From assembly GCA_905612375.1 (NCBI GenBank), contig CAJQRS010000002.1:1-62800 (forward strand): a DNA stretch of 62,800 nucleotides, written 5' to 3'. The notes beneath the pieces are model-generated. The model was not told the DNA's origin. It made no database searches and saw only the letters and a list, made by a program, of their open reading frames with translations. A program made the position numbers and the translations under genes. This document shows, one piece after another, positions 20,683 to 31,203 of the stretch; within the stretch, counting starts at the first letter, position 1, and each line of letters starts with the position of its first letter. Origin of the DNA: an uncultured Candidatus Pelagibacter sp. GTDB lineage: Bacteria; Pseudomonadota; Alphaproteobacteria; Pelagibacterales; Pelagibacteraceae.

Positions 20683-22773
20683 ATGTTTAAAGTATATAAG
20701 AAGGAAATTGAAGTAGCAGGAAAGAAAATAAGCTTAGAGACAGGTAAAGTAGCAAGACAAGCTGATGGAGCAATCATTGCTTCATGTGGTGAAACAGTTA
20801 TTTTAGCAACAGTAGTAGGAGCAAAAAGAGTAAATCCAGATATGGATTATTTTCCGCTATCTGTAAATTACCAAGAAAAATATTACGCAGGTGGTAAAAT
20901 TCCTGGAGGATATTTTAAAAGAGAAGCAAGACCAACTGAAAGCGAACAATTGATCTCAAGATTAATTGACAGACCAATCAGACCTTTGTTTCCAAGTGAA
21001 TTTAAAAATGAAGTTCAGTTATTACCAACGGTAATTTCATATGACAAAGATAATCAACCAGATATTTTAGCAATTACAGCTTCTTCAGCGGCGCTAGCTA
21101 TTTCAGGAATGCCATTTATGGGTCCTGTGGGTGCTTCAAGAGTTGGTTTAGTTGATGGTAAATACATTTTAAACCCATCAAAAGCAGAGCTAGAAAACTC
21201 TACTTTAGATTTAGTTGTAGCAGGTACTAAAGATGCTGTGCTTATGGTTGAGTCTGAAACATCAGGCTTAACAGAAGAAGTAATGTTAGATGCAGTTAAG
21301 TTTGGTCATAAAGGTTTTGTTCCAGTAATTGAAATGATTGAGGAACTTGCAAAAGAATGCAGAAAACCAGAATGGACTGTTGAAAAGAAAGATTTATCTG
21401 AAGTTAAGAAAAAACTTGAAGAAAATTTTACAGCAGATTTAATTAAAGCTTTTGGAACAATAGACAAGCAGGATAGATCAAATCAAATTTCAGAAATTTC
21501 TAATAAAGCCAAGCAGCTTTTTGCAGATGATGAAAATTATTCTGATTTCAATGTTAATGATGAATTAAAAAATCTTGAAAAGAAAATCGTTAGAACTGAC
21601 ATTCTTAAAAACAAAAAAAGAATTGATGGCAGAGGTTTAGCTGACGTAAGAGCTATCGAGTGTGAAGTTGGTGTTTTACCAAGAACTCACGGATCAGCTC
21701 TATTTACTAGAGGTGAAACACAGGCGATTGTTACTACTACTTTAGGTACATCTGATGATGAACAAAGATTGGAAAGTTTAGATGGACAGCATAGAGAAAG
21801 ATTTATGCTTCATTACAACTTCCCTCCTTTCTCAGTCGGTGAAACTGGAAGAATTGGAACTGGAAGACGTGAAGTTGGTCATGGAAAATTAGCATGGAGA
21901 GCAATTAATTCTTCATTACCTGCAAAAGAAGAGTTCCCTTACACTTTCAGAGTAGTGTCAGATATTACAGAGTCTAATGGCTCTTCCTCAATGGCGAGTG
22001 TTTGTGGTGCATCTCTTGCGCTAATGGATGCTGGTGTGCCGATTAAAGAACCAGTTGCAGGTATTGCAATGGGATTAATTAAAGAAGGTGATGATTTTAG
22101 TGTCTTGTCAGATATTTTAGGTGATGAAGATCATCTGGGAGACATGGACTTTAAAGTTGCTGGAACTAAAGATGGAATTACTTCACTTCAAATGGATATC
22201 AAAATCACAGGTATCACATTTGAAATTATGGAGCAGGCTTTAAAACAAGCTAAAGAAGGAAGAGTTCACATCTTAGGTGAAATGAATAAAGTTTTAAGTG
22301 AATCAAGAGCTGATGTTGGTGAACACACTCCAAAAATGGAACAAATTACTGTTGATAAAAAAGATATCGCAGCTGTGATTGGAAAAGGTGGAGCAACAAT
22401 TAGAGAGATTGTTGAAAAATCAGGTGCTAAACTCGATGTGAATGACGATGGTGTAGTAACTGTTGCTGCTCCAGACGAAGAGTCCAGAAACATTGCCATG
22501 CAAATGATTAAAGATATTATTGCTAAACCTGAGATGAATAAAATCTACACAGGTAAAGTAATGAAAATTATGGAATTTGGTGCTTTTGTCAATTTCTTAG
22601 GTAAACAAGATGGTCTTGTTCACATCTCAGAACTTGCTGCTAAAAGAGTGGAAAAAGTTACTGATGTTGTAAAAGAAGGTGATGAAGTTACTGTTAAAGT
22701 AATTGGTTTTGATAGAGGTAAAGTTAAACTTTCTATGAAACAAGTAGCTACTGAGACAGAAGCTAAAGCCTAA
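20683..22773 (+). CDS. pnp: Polyribonucleotide nucleotidyltransferase
   Basis: [24 protein letters not shown] and [10 protein letters not shown] motifs; KH and S1 domains. Confidence 0.98.
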   Translation: MFKVYKKEIEVAGKKISLETGKVARQADGAIIASCGETVILATVVGAKRVNPDMDYFPLSVNYQEKYYAGGKIPGGYFKREARPTESEQLISRLIDRPIRPLFPSEFKNEVQLLPTVISYDKDNQPDILAITASSAALAISGMPFMGPVGASRVGLVDGKYILNPSKAELENSTLDLVVAGTKDAVLMVESETSGLTEEVMLDAVKFGHKGFVPVIEMIEELAKECRKPEWTVEKKDLSEVKKKLEENFTADLIKAFGTIDKQDRSNQISEISNKAKQLFADDENYSDFNVNDELKNLEKKIVRTDILKNKKRIDGRGLADVRAIECEVGVLPRTHGSALFTRGETQAIVTTTLGTSDDEQRLESLDGQHRERFMLHYNFPPFSVGETGRIGTGRREVGHGKLAWRAINSSLPAKEEFPYTFRVVSDITESNGSSSMASVCGASLALMDAGVPIKEPVAGIAMGLIKEGDDFSVLSDILGDEDHLGDMDFKVAGTKDGITSLQMDIKITGITFEIMEQALKQAKEGRVHILGEMNKVLSESRADVGEHTPKMEQITVDKKDIAAVIGKGGATIREIVEKSGAKLDVNDDGVVTVAAPDEESRNIAMQMIKDIIAKPEMNKIYTGKVMKIMEFGAFVNFLGKQDGLVHISELAAKRVEKVTDVVKEGDEVTVKVIGFDRGKVKLSMKQVATETEAKA

Positions 22774-22792
22774 TAACTTAAATTAAAATTCT

Positions 22793-22828
22793 AAACCCCT
22801 GGAATGAAAGTTCTGGGGGTTTTTTTTT
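22793..22828 (+). terminator. Rho-independent terminator after pnp (possibly bidirectional with fabI)
   Basis: AAACCCCTGGAAT-GAAA-GTTCTGGGGGTTT stem with a GNRA loop, then a T-run. Confidence 0.85.
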
Positions 22829-22847
22829 AACTAAATTAAACTATATT

Positions 22848-23633
22848 TTAGGTAATATTCTTAGGGTCAGGCATTCCAACCTTATTATAACCAGCATCTA
22901 CGTAATGAATTTCACCCGTAACACCACCAGCAAGTTCGCTTAAAAGGTATAAAGCTGAGTTGCCAACATCTTGGATATCAACGTTTCTTTTTAAGAAAGA
23001 GTGATCCGCATTCCATTTGTATAAGAATTTTGCATCTCCAATAGCAGAAGCTGCTAAAGTTTTAATTGGTCCTGCGCTTATTGCATTTACTCTTATGCCT
23101 TTAGCACCCAAATCTCTTGCAAGATATTTAACACTAGCCTCTAATGCTGACTTACAAACACCCATCACATTATAATTTGGAATAGCCTTAGTAGACTCGT
23201 AAGTTAAAGTTAACATACTTCCACCCTCTTTCATTATCTTAGAAGCTTCTTTAGCAACTTCGGTAAATGAAAAGCATGAAATTAACATACTTCTTAAAAA
23301 ATTTTCTCTAGATGTATCTAAATATTCACCTGATAATTCTGCTTTATCTGAAAAAGCAACCGCATGGACCACAAAATCTATTTGCCCCCATTGTGATTTA
23401 ATATCATTAAAAAGTTTTATAACCTCTTCTTTGTTTTCAACATCACAACTAAAAGTAGCTTTTGAATTTAATTTTTCTGCTAAAGGAATAACTCTTTTTT
23501 TTAATGCATCACCAAGATAAGTGAATGCAAGCTCTGCTCCGGCTTCTGCAAGTTTTTGCGAAATACCCCAAGCTATAGATCTTTCATTGGCAACACCCAT
23601 GATTAATCCTCTTTTACCTTTCATCAAACTCAT
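22848..23633 (-). CDS. fabI: Enoyl-ACP reductase
   Basis: GVANERSIAWGI, YNVMGVCK and NAISAGPIKTLAA motifs. Confidence 0.96.
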   Translation of the reverse strand: MSLMKGKRGLIMGVANERSIAWGISQKLAEAGAELAFTYLGDALKKRVIPLAEKLNSKATFSCDVENKEEVIKLFNDIKSQWGQIDFVVHAVAFSDKAELSGEYLDTSRENFLRSMLISCFSFTEVAKEASKIMKEGGSMLTLTYESTKAIPNYNVMGVCKSALEASVKYLARDLGAKGIRVNAISAGPIKTLAASAIGDAKFLYKWNADHSFLKRNVDIQDVGNSALYLLSELAGGVTGEIHYVDAGYNKVGMPDPKNIT

Positions 23634-23636
23634 AAA

Positions 23637-24848
23637 TTAAATTTTTTCAAAAATTAAAGTTGCATTTGTTCCACCAAAACCAAAACTGTTAGACATTACA
23701 GAGTTTAAAGTAACTCCTGTTTCTGTCTTAGTTACGATTGGAAATTTTTTAGCCTCATCATCCATGTCGGTGATGTTAGCTGAAGCTGTAATAAAACTAT
23801 TTTTCATCATGATTAAACTATAAATTGCTTCATGAACTGATGCAGCACCTAGTGGGTGACCTGAAAGTGATTTAGTAGAGCTAATTTTTGGCACCTCTGA
23901 ACCAAATGCTTCTCCAACACCTCTTAGTTCTGTTATGTCACCAACTGGAGTTGAAGTTCCATGAGTGTTTAAGTAATCCATTTTGTTTTTAGCAGTCGCC
24001 AAAGCCATCTTCATACATCTAACAGCACCTTCACCTGACGGAGCAACCATATCGTACCCGTCAGAAGTAGCGCCATAGCCTGTTAATTCAGCATATATAT
24101 TTGCACCTCTAGCTTTTGCGTGTTCGTATTCTTCAAGTACCAAAACACCACCACCACCTGCTATTACAAAGCCATCTCTAGTCTTGTCGTAAGCTCTTGA
24201 AGCAGTTTCAGGTGTATCATTATATTTAGAAGACAATGCAGTCATAGCATCAAACATTGCAGTCATTGCCCAGTGTAATTCTTCACTTCCACCAGCAAAA
24301 ACAATATCCTGTTTACCCATTTGAATTAATTCACTTGCATGACCAATGCAGTGTCCACTCGTTGCACAAGCAGAACTCATCGTATAGTTCACTCCTTTTA
24401 TTTTAAAAGGCACAGCAAGAGTTGCCGAAGAGGTACTAGCCATAGTTCTTGGAACAATAAATGGCCCCATTAATTTTGGTGTCTTAGCTCTTGTTTTATC
24501 AACTGACAAAACAACATTTTCAATTGAAGGTCCACCAGAACCCATAACGATCCCAGTTTTAAAATTACTCACTTCGCTATCTTCTAGTCCGGAATCTTTA
24601 ATAGCCTCCTTCATAGCTACATAATTATAAGCAGAACCAGACCCCATAAATCTAATTGTTTTTCTATCTATGTGATCTTCAATTTTAATGTTTGGTTTAC
24701 CATGAATATGACTTCTTAAATTGTGCTCTTTATATTCTTCACAAAAAGATAGCCCTGATTTTGAATTTAAAAGAGATTGATAAACTTCTTCTTGATTATT
24801 TCCCAAACACGAAACAACACCTAAACCTGTAACCACTACTCTTCTCAT
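23637..24848 (-). CDS. fabB: 3-oxoacyl-ACP synthase I
   Basis: [21 protein letters not shown] and [11 protein letters not shown] motifs; coupled to fabA. Confidence 0.95.
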   Translation of the reverse strand: MRRVVVTGLGVVSCLGNNQEEVYQSLLNSKSGLSFCEEYKEHNLRSHIHGKPNIKIEDHIDRKTIRFMGSGSAYNYVAMKEAIKDSGLEDSEVSNFKTGIVMGSGGPSIENVVLSVDKTRAKTPKLMGPFIVPRTMASTSSATLAVPFKIKGVNYTMSSACATSGHCIGHASELIQMGKQDIVFAGGSEELHWAMTAMFDAMTALSSKYNDTPETASRAYDKTRDGFVIAGGGGVLVLEEYEHAKARGANIYAELTGYGATSDGYDMVAPSGEGAVRCMKMALATAKNKMDYLNTHGTSTPVGDITELRGVGEAFGSEVPKISSTKSLSGHPLGAASVHEAIYSLIMMKNSFITASANITDMDDEAKKFPIVTKTETGVTLNSVMSNSFGFGGTNATLIFEKI

Positions 24849-25348
24849 TATTTAAATAACCCCACTTTTAAATTGTCAGCTGAATATATTTTTTTGTCAT
24901 CTGCAAATAATAACCCATTGGCTAAACCGACGGAAGTACCACCAGGAGACATAATTTTTTTCATATCAATTACATATGTTGCTTTTTTAACACTTTTTAA
25001 AACTTCACCTGTAAACTTTACAGTACTTACTCCTAAAGCTCGTCCTTTTCCAGGATTTCCAAGCCACCCAAGATAGAATCCAACTAGTTGCCACATTGCA
25101 TCTAAACCAAGACAACCGGGCATGACTGGATCACCCTTAAAGTGACAATCAAAAAACCAAAGGTCGTCTTTAATATCGAGTTCAGCTTTTATGGTGCCTT
25201 TATTAAAAGCTCCACCAACATCATTAATTTCAGTTATCCTATCAAACATGAGCATTGGTGGAAGTGGTAATTTTGCGTTACCTGGGCCAAAAAGTTCACC
25301 ATTACCACAGCTTATTAGCTCATCATATGTAAATGAGTTTTTTTTCAT
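24848..25348 (-). CDS. fabA: 3-hydroxydecanoyl-ACP dehydratase/isomerase
   Basis: [12 protein letters not shown] and [24 protein letters not shown] motifs. Confidence 0.97.
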   Translation of the reverse strand: MKKNSFTYDELISCGNGELFGPGNAKLPLPPMLMFDRITEINDVGGAFNKGTIKAELDIKDDLWFFDCHFKGDPVMPGCLGLDAMWQLVGFYLGWLGNPGKGRALGVSTVKFTGEVLKSVKKATYVIDMKKIMSPGGTSVGLANGLLFADDKKIYSADNLKVGLFK

Positions 25349-25399
25349 AAATTTAAAGACTTTAATACTTGATTTATTAAGATTATAATATAGAAATAG

Positions 25400-25416
25400 T
25401 TTAGAACTGTTATAAA
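25400..25416. promoter_or_regulatory. Irr box (iron control element, ICE) in the fabA-irr divergent spacer
   Basis: TTTAGAA-CTG-TTATAAA, one mismatch to the ICE consensus TTTAGAA-N3-TTCTAAA, ending 5 nt before the irr ATG. Confidence 0.7.
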
Positions 25417-25421
25417 CAATA

Positions 25422-25850
25422 ATGATAAATTTAAATATTTATACAAAAAAACTTAGAGAATCAGGCTTAAGACCTACAAGACAAAGGTTAAAAATTTGTG
25501 AAGTGCTTTTCTCACCTGAAAAAACTTTTCACTTTACAGTAAATGATCTAAAAAAAATTATTGAAGAAAAACTAAGTGAAAAAATATCTTTAGCAACAGT
25601 TTATAACACTATTCATGCTTTTAAGAAAAAAGGCTATTTAAAGGAAATTTCAATCAATAGTGACAAAAGCTATTTTGATACAAACACAACTGATCACCAA
25701 CACTTTTTTGATGAAGATAAAAGTGAACTGATAGACTGTGGAGATGATGAGATTGATTCTATTAATATTAAAAGAAACATTACTGGAAAGAAAATTAAAT
25801 CAATTGAAGTTTTAATTAGAGTTGCGAGTGATAATCAAAATCAAAATTAA
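25422..25850 (+). CDS. irr: Iron response regulator Irr (Fur family)
   Basis: [22 protein letters not shown] and HxH (DHQHFFD) motifs; divergent from fabA as in other alphaproteobacteria. Confidence 0.88.
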   Translation: MINLNIYTKKLRESGLRPTRQRLKICEVLFSPEKTFHFTVNDLKKIIEEKLSEKISLATVYNTIHAFKKKGYLKEISINSDKSYFDTNTTDHQHFFDEDKSELIDCGDDEIDSINIKRNITGKKIKSIEVLIRVASDNQNQN

Positions 25851-25879
25851 GTCAATTATTTCAATTACTTAGCAATTAG

Positions 25880-25928
25880 ATTAAAACAATTCTAAACTGT
25901 TGACACTAATTTAGAATGATTATATAAA
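25880..25928 (+). promoter_or_regulatory. Sigma70 promoter of the rubrerythrin operon overlapped by two ICE-like boxes
   Basis: TTGACA (25900-25905), 17-bp spacer, TATAAA (25923-25928); ICE-like ATTAAAA-CAA-TTCTAAA (25880-25896) and TTTAGAA-TGA-TTATATA (25910-25926); AAGGAG SD downstream. Confidence 0.75.
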
Positions 25929-25952
25929 CTCTTTAATCATTAAGGAGAAAAT

Positions 25953-26369
25953 ATGTCATTAAAAGGAAGTAAAACAGAAGAAAACTTAAAAGATGCATTT
26001 GCAGGTGAAAGCCAAGCAAACAGACGCTATTTATATTTTGCTCAGAAAGCAGATATCGAAGGGTATAACGATGTAGCATCTGTATTTAGATCTACAGCAG
26101 AAGGTGAAACAGGACATGCTCATGGACACCTTGAGTATTTAGAGGAAGTTGGAGATCCAGCTACGGGATTACCAATTGGTGAAACTAAAGATAATTTAGC
26201 TTCAGCTGTCCAGGGTGAAACACATGAGTACACAGATATGTATCCAGGTATGGCAAAGACAGCTAGAGAAGAAGGCTTTTCAGAAATTGCTGATTGGTTT
26301 GAAACTTTAGCAAAAGCTGAAAAATCTCACGCAGGTAAATTTCAAAAAACATTAGAATCTATTGCGTAG
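25953..26369 (+). CDS. rbr: Rubrerythrin-family diiron protein lacking a rubredoxin domain (aerobic/sulerythrin type)
   Basis: NLKDAFAGESQANRRY, EGETGHA, GETHEYTDMYPG and AEKSHA motifs. Confidence 0.93.
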   Translation: MSLKGSKTEENLKDAFAGESQANRRYLYFAQKADIEGYNDVASVFRSTAEGETGHAHGHLEYLEEVGDPATGLPIGETKDNLASAVQGETHEYTDMYPGMAKTAREEGFSEIADWFETLAKAEKSHAGKFQKTLESIA

Positions 26370-26384
26370 ATAACACTTAATTTA

Positions 26385-26405
26385 TGGTGGGGTTCTTCCC
26401 CACCA
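26385..26405 (+). other. Intercistronic GC stem-loop after rubrerythrin
   Basis: TGGTGGGG-TTCTT-CCCCACCA, with no clear U-tract following. Confidence 0.7.
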
Positions 26406-26426
26406 ATAAATCTTAAAATTTTAAAT

Positions 26427-27758
26427 ATGAATAAAGAAGGCGGCATACACGCGCCCACTAGACACCCTATAAATTTTGAGCATCCTGATTTTTTGGATCC
26501 AAAAAAATTAGATGACGAAATGAGAAGAGCTTTTGATATCTGTCATGGATGTAGAAGATGTTTTAATTTGTGTGACTCGTTTCCAAAATTATTTGACATG
26601 ATAGATGAGTCAGAGAATGAGGATGTAGAAAGTTTAAAAAGTGAACAATTTGAACCTGTGGTTGATGCCTGCACATTATGTGACATGTGTTTTATGACTA
26701 AGTGTCCTTATGTACCGCCACATGATTTCGATCTAGATTTTCCTCATTTAATGTTGAGATATAGAACGGCTCAAAAAAAATTAAATAAATTACCCTTAGT
26801 ACCAGCATTATTAGCTCAAATTGATAGAAATGCAAAAATGGGTGTAATGCTATCATCACTAATAAACTGGGTATCAAACATTAAAAATACATTGTTTAGA
26901 AAAATATTAGAATTAGTTGCTGGAATTGATATGAGAGTTAAGCTTCCAGTTTATAATTCAGAGACATTCACAAATTATTTTAAAAAAAATAACATTCCAA
27001 CAAATAGTGAAGCTCCATCTAAAGATAGAAAAGTTGTAATTTACTCAACATGCTTTGTGAATTTTAATAAAAAAGATACAGGTGTTGCAGCTTTAAAAGT
27101 TTTAAGGAAAAATGGCGTTGAAGTACAAGAGGCTTATCCGGGATGTTGTGGAATGCCTTACCTCGAACAAGCAGATTTACCCAAAGTTGTTGAACAAGCA
27201 AAAAAAGTATCCAAAGATTTGTTGGAATGGGTAGATAAAGGTTATGAAATTATTACACTCACAGCGAGTTGTGGTTTAATGTTAAAATTCGAATGGCCAT
27301 TACTATTGCCTAATGATGAAAGTATTAAAAGACTTTCAAAAAATACTAGTGATATAGATGAATATATCGTTGATATAGCTCAGAAAGAAGGCTTAGCGGA
27401 AGGCTTGCAAGAAATTGATGGTGGGGTAACAGTTCATAATGCTTGTCACGCTAGAGCGCAAAATATGGGTATTAAATCTAGAGATATGTTGAAATTTATT
27501 CCTAATATTAAAATGGATGTTGTTGAAAGATGTGCAGGTCATGGTGGAACTTTCGGGGTTATGAAGGTAACTCATGATCTTGCAGTTAAAGTTGGAACGC
27601 CTACAGCGAAACAGATTAAAAATAAAAATAATAAATATATGGCTTCTGATTGTCCTTTAGCAGGTAAGCATTTAAAACAATTAGAGACAGACACAAACAT
27701 AGCTAACGATGAGGCACTACACCCCATCGAATTAATGGCAAAAAGTTATAAATTATAG
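26427..27758 (+). CDS. Fe-S oxidoreductase (GlpC/HdrD-like, two CCG domains), rubrerythrin-associated
   Basis: CHGCRRCFNLC, CTLCDMCFMTKCP, GCCG, HNACH and RCAGHGG motifs. Confidence 0.88.
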   Translation: MNKEGGIHAPTRHPINFEHPDFLDPKKLDDEMRRAFDICHGCRRCFNLCDSFPKLFDMIDESENEDVESLKSEQFEPVVDACTLCDMCFMTKCPYVPPHDFDLDFPHLMLRYRTAQKKLNKLPLVPALLAQIDRNAKMGVMLSSLINWVSNIKNTLFRKILELVAGIDMRVKLPVYNSETFTNYFKKNNIPTNSEAPSKDRKVVIYSTCFVNFNKKDTGVAALKVLRKNGVEVQEAYPGCCGMPYLEQADLPKVVEQAKKVSKDLLEWVDKGYEIITLTASCGLMLKFEWPLLLPNDESIKRLSKNTSDIDEYIVDIAQKEGLAEGLQEIDGGVTVHNACHARAQNMGIKSRDMLKFIPNIKMDVVERCAGHGGTFGVMKVTHDLAVKVGTPTAKQIKNKNNKYMASDCPLAGKHLKQLETDTNIANDEALHPIELMAKSYKL

Positions 27759-27760
27759 TT

Positions 27761-28354
27761 ATGAGTAAAGAAAAGAAACAAATTGAAAAAGAAGATTTAA
27801 TTCCTGCAGATATTTATGCTGAAAGTAGAAAGCAAATTAGAAAAAATCTAATTGAATTTAAAAAAGATAGAAGAATAGCTCTTGGGCCTTATGCAACTTT
27901 TTATTTTGAAAGTTTTGAAACTATGGTGGCACAAGTTCAAGAAATGTTACATATTGAAAAAGGTGGTGACGAACAATTAAAAGATGAATTAATAGCTTAC
28001 AATCCTCTGGTTCCAAATGGCAAAGAGCTTGTTGCAACCTTAATGTTTGAAATTGATAACCCTTTTTCTAGAGGTGCATTTTTAGGAAAAGTTGGTGGTA
28101 TAGAAGAAAAAATTTTTATGAAAATTGACAATGAAAAGATTAAAGCGGTACCAGAAACAGATGTGGATAGAACTTCGGCAGAAGGAAAAGCTTCTTCAGT
28201 ACAGTTTATTCATTTTAAATTTAATGAGGATCAAATTAATAAATTTAAATCAAGTGACACACATATTGAACTTGGAATTGATCATAAAGAATATGCACAT
28301 ACTGCAAAATTAACTGAAGATAGTATTAAATCATTATCGGCTGATTTTATTTAG
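27761..28354 (+). CDS. DUF3501-family protein
   Basis: QVQEMLHIEK, ELIAYNPLVP, ATLMFEID and KASSVQFIHF motifs; rbr/Fe-S oxidoreductase context. Confidence 0.85.
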   Translation: MSKEKKQIEKEDLIPADIYAESRKQIRKNLIEFKKDRRIALGPYATFYFESFETMVAQVQEMLHIEKGGDEQLKDELIAYNPLVPNGKELVATLMFEIDNPFSRGAFLGKVGGIEEKIFMKIDNEKIKAVPETDVDRTSAEGKASSVQFIHFKFNEDQINKFKSSDTHIELGIDHKEYAHTAKLTEDSIKSLSADFI

Positions 28355-28796
28355 CAGATCCCCAGATATTTTTAATTTTAACCCAACCGGTATACTTACT
28401 GGTGGTTATCTTGCACCAACCTTCTTCACATTTATTGATGACTAACAGCCTCCCTTTTTCTAATTTGGCAAGTGGTTCAGAAAAATTAGAAGGTTTTTTA
28501 AATAAAATCTTTTCTTCTATGGCGATAATAGAGTTTGATGGTTTTAACTGGCTCCAGTGTATCCATCCACTATTGTTGTCTAAAAATATAACTCTTCTCC
28601 AGTTCTCTTTTTTATCTATTTGTTTTACAGGCAGATCAACTTTTCTATAAATATATTTAATTGGATAATCTAGGCCAGGCCCATACCTAACATTTGTCTT
28701 ATTTTTTTTTAGAGATAAAAATTTTTCTTCAGCATTTAGTAACTGAACACCTAAAATTGATAGACACAAAAACCAAATAACTATTTTTTTTCTCAT
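28347..28796 (-). CDS. Exported tandem SH3b (SH3_4) domain protein
   Basis: Signal peptide; NVRYGPGLDYPI, ENWRRV...GWIH and WCKI...GWV motifs. Confidence 0.88.
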   Translation of the reverse strand: MRKKIVIWFLCLSILGVQLLNAEEKFLSLKKNKTNVRYGPGLDYPIKYIYRKVDLPVKQIDKKENWRRVIFLDNNSGWIHWSQLKPSNSIIAIEEKILFKKPSNFSEPLAKLEKGRLLVINKCEEGWCKITTSKYTGWVKIKNIWGSAK

Positions 28797-29548
28797 TTAC
28801 AGAAGCAATTTTTTCTTTTTTTTAATTTAACTTTTCTAAAGTTTAAATGAAGTAAATCTAGAATAAAAATGTATCCATCAAGCCCTGTTCCAATATTTAA
28901 TATTTTTTTTAGGACCTCGTTTGCTTGAATAGTTCCCACAATTCCTGCAACAGTTCCAAGGATACCCTCTGACTCACAGTTTAATAAATCATCTGAAATA
29001 TTAGATTCTTGAAAAAAACATCTCAAACAAGGAATTTTTTTATTTTTAAAATTAAAAGTGAATATATGTCCATCAAACTTGCTAATAGCTCCAGTCACAA
29101 GGACCTTCTTATACTTTAAACAAAAATCATTTAATAAAAATTTAGTTGTAAAATTATCTGATCCATCAACTATATAATCGTAGTCATTTATAATTTTCTT
29201 AAAATTATTATTATTTAATCTAATTCTGTAAATAGTAACTTTTGTATTGGGATTTATCTTTTTAATTTTATCTTTTGCTATTTTAACTTTAAATTTTCCA
29301 ATATCTGATGTGTTGTAAAGACTTTGTCTATGTAAATTAGAAACACTTACCTTATCGTCATCAACGACTCCTATTGATTCAACTCCAGCTCTTGAAAGAA
29401 ATTCTGCAACTGGAGATCCAAGGCCACCAGCACCAATAATTAAAACCTTAGAGGAAAGAATTTTTTTTTGACCTAAAATGCCAATATCTTTAAGTACTAT
29501 TTGTCTTGAAAATCGCTCAATTATCTTTTTATTCAGTTGGCTTTTCAT
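28793..29548 (-). CDS. MoeB/ThiF/HesA-family adenylyltransferase
   Basis: RFSRQIVL, GAGGLGSP, SNLHRQ, DGSDNF and PCLRC motifs. Confidence 0.92.
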   Translation of the reverse strand: MKSQLNKKIIERFSRQIVLKDIGILGQKKILSSKVLIIGAGGLGSPVAEFLSRAGVESIGVVDDDKVSVSNLHRQSLYNTSDIGKFKVKIAKDKIKKINPNTKVTIYRIRLNNNNFKKIINDYDYIVDGSDNFTTKFLLNDFCLKYKKVLVTGAISKFDGHIFTFNFKNKKIPCLRCFFQESNISDDLLNCESEGILGTVAGIVGTIQANEVLKKILNIGTGLDGYIFILDLLHLNFRKVKLKKRKNCFCK

Positions 29549-29982
29549 TTACCAGTTGAGCCAAATCCACCCTCACCTCTTAAAGTATCTGGTAAATTAT
29601 GTGTTTCTTCTAATTCCATTTTAATAACTGGTGTTAAGATCATCTGTGCCACTCTATCTTTGTTATTAATTATAAAGTCTTCTTTTCCATGATTAAAAAG
29701 GATAATTTTAATCTCACCCCTATAATCGCTATCAATAGTTCCCGGCGTATTTAAAACGGTTATACTATTTTTTGCAGCAAGACCTGAACGAGGGCGAATT
29801 TGCACCTCATAATCCTCTGAAAATGCCACAGAAAGCCCTGTGGGCACCAAATATGAGCTATTGGGTGATATTTTAATTGACTCCTCTATAAACGCCATTA
29901 AGTCCATACCAGAAGCACCGCTTGTTTTGTAAACTGGAAGTTCTACATCAGGGTTTAATTTTTTGATTAATACTCTTGCCAT
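29545..29982 (-). CDS. dut: dUTP diphosphatase
   Basis: RPRSGLA, GTIDSDYRGEI and RGEGGFGSTG motifs. Confidence 0.97.
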   Translation of the reverse strand: MARVLIKKLNPDVELPVYKTSGASGMDLMAFIEESIKISPNSSYLVPTGLSVAFSEDYEVQIRPRSGLAAKNSITVLNTPGTIDSDYRGEIKIILFNHGKEDFIINNKDRVAQMILTPVIKMELEETHNLPDTLRGEGGFGSTGK

Positions 29983-29989
29983 TAAATTT

Positions 29990-31195
29990 TTAATTTAACT
30001 GCTTAATAACTCTATCTGTTATCTCTTCCGAGATTTCAGACTTTTTTTTCATTACAAGTTTTTCATTTTTAATTTCTTCATCTTTGTAAAAAATTGAAAC
30101 TTCATTAAAATCAGAGTCAAATCCAATAGAATTATTAGATACATCATTTGCTATTATCCAATCACAATTTTTTTCAATCAATTTTTTTTGAGCATTTTCT
30201 TGAAGATGATCAGTTTCAGCTGCAAATCCAATAACTAATTTTGGTCTAAGAGAGTTATGTTTTGATACATAATTTAGAATATCAATATTTTTTTCAAGTT
30301 CTAAATTTAAATATTCTTGTTTCTTCATCTTCTCATTTTTTATCTCTTTTACCTTAAAGTCAGCAACAGCAGCTGAAAAAATTGCTACATCGGTAGGTAA
30401 ATTTTCTTGTGTTGCTTTAAACATTTCATCCGCTGTTTCAACTTTAATTAAATTTATATTGCTATCTACTTGCAGGTTTGTAGGTCCAGAAATTAGAGTT
30501 GTTTGAAATCCTCTTTTTGCCAAAGATTTTGCTAAAGCATATCCTTGTTTTCCAGAAGATTTATTTGTAATAAATCTTACAGGGTCAATATATTCATTAG
30601 TTGGTCCTGCAGTTACTAGAGCTTTTAATTTTTGATTTTTATTTAATTCACCAAAGTATGCTTCAATTGTTTGAAAAATATCTTTTGGTTCAGTCATTTT
30701 TCCTTCACCAAATTCTCCACAAGCCATATCTCCAATTTCAGGACCAATTATTTTATATCCATAAGATTTCAATTTATTTAGATTTTGTTTAGTTGAAGGG
30801 TGCTCCCACATTCTAACATTCATAGCAGGCGTTAAAAAAACACCTTTGTCAGATGCAAGAATTACTGTTGAAGCTAAATCATCTGAAGATCCAGCGCTCA
30901 ATTTGGAAATAGTGTTTGCAGTAGCAGGAACAACGAGAATTATATCTGCCCATCTAGACAGTGATATATGGTCCATTTCAGCTTCATTTTCAGCATTAAA
31001 TAAATCATCATAAACTTTTCCTTGCGAAAGCGAAGCCACTGACAAGGGAGTTACAAATTCTTTAGCACTTTTGGTGAGTATAGTTTTAATTTCTATATCT
31101 TGTTTTTTTAACAATCTAATAAGTTCCAAACTTTTGTATGCAGATATACCTCCACATATTATTAAAAGTATTTTTCTCTGAGATAAATTATTCAT
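29990..31195 (-). CDS. coaBC: Phosphopantothenoylcysteine decarboxylase/ligase
   Basis: GGISAYKS, PAMNVRMW and TAGPTNEYIDPVRFITNKSSGKQG motifs. Confidence 0.96.
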   Translation of the reverse strand: MNNLSQRKILLIICGGISAYKSLELIRLLKKQDIEIKTILTKSAKEFVTPLSVASLSQGKVYDDLFNAENEAEMDHISLSRWADIILVVPATANTISKLSAGSSDDLASTVILASDKGVFLTPAMNVRMWEHPSTKQNLNKLKSYGYKIIGPEIGDMACGEFGEGKMTEPKDIFQTIEAYFGELNKNQKLKALVTAGPTNEYIDPVRFITNKSSGKQGYALAKSLAKRGFQTTLISGPTNLQVDSNINLIKVETADEMFKATQENLPTDVAIFSAAVADFKVKEIKNEKMKKQEYLNLELEKNIDILNYVSKHNSLRPKLVIGFAAETDHLQENAQKKLIEKNCDWIIANDVSNNSIGFDSDFNEVSIFYKDEEIKNEKLVMKKKSEISEEITDRVIKQLN

Positions 31196-31203
31196 TAGGC
31201 AAA

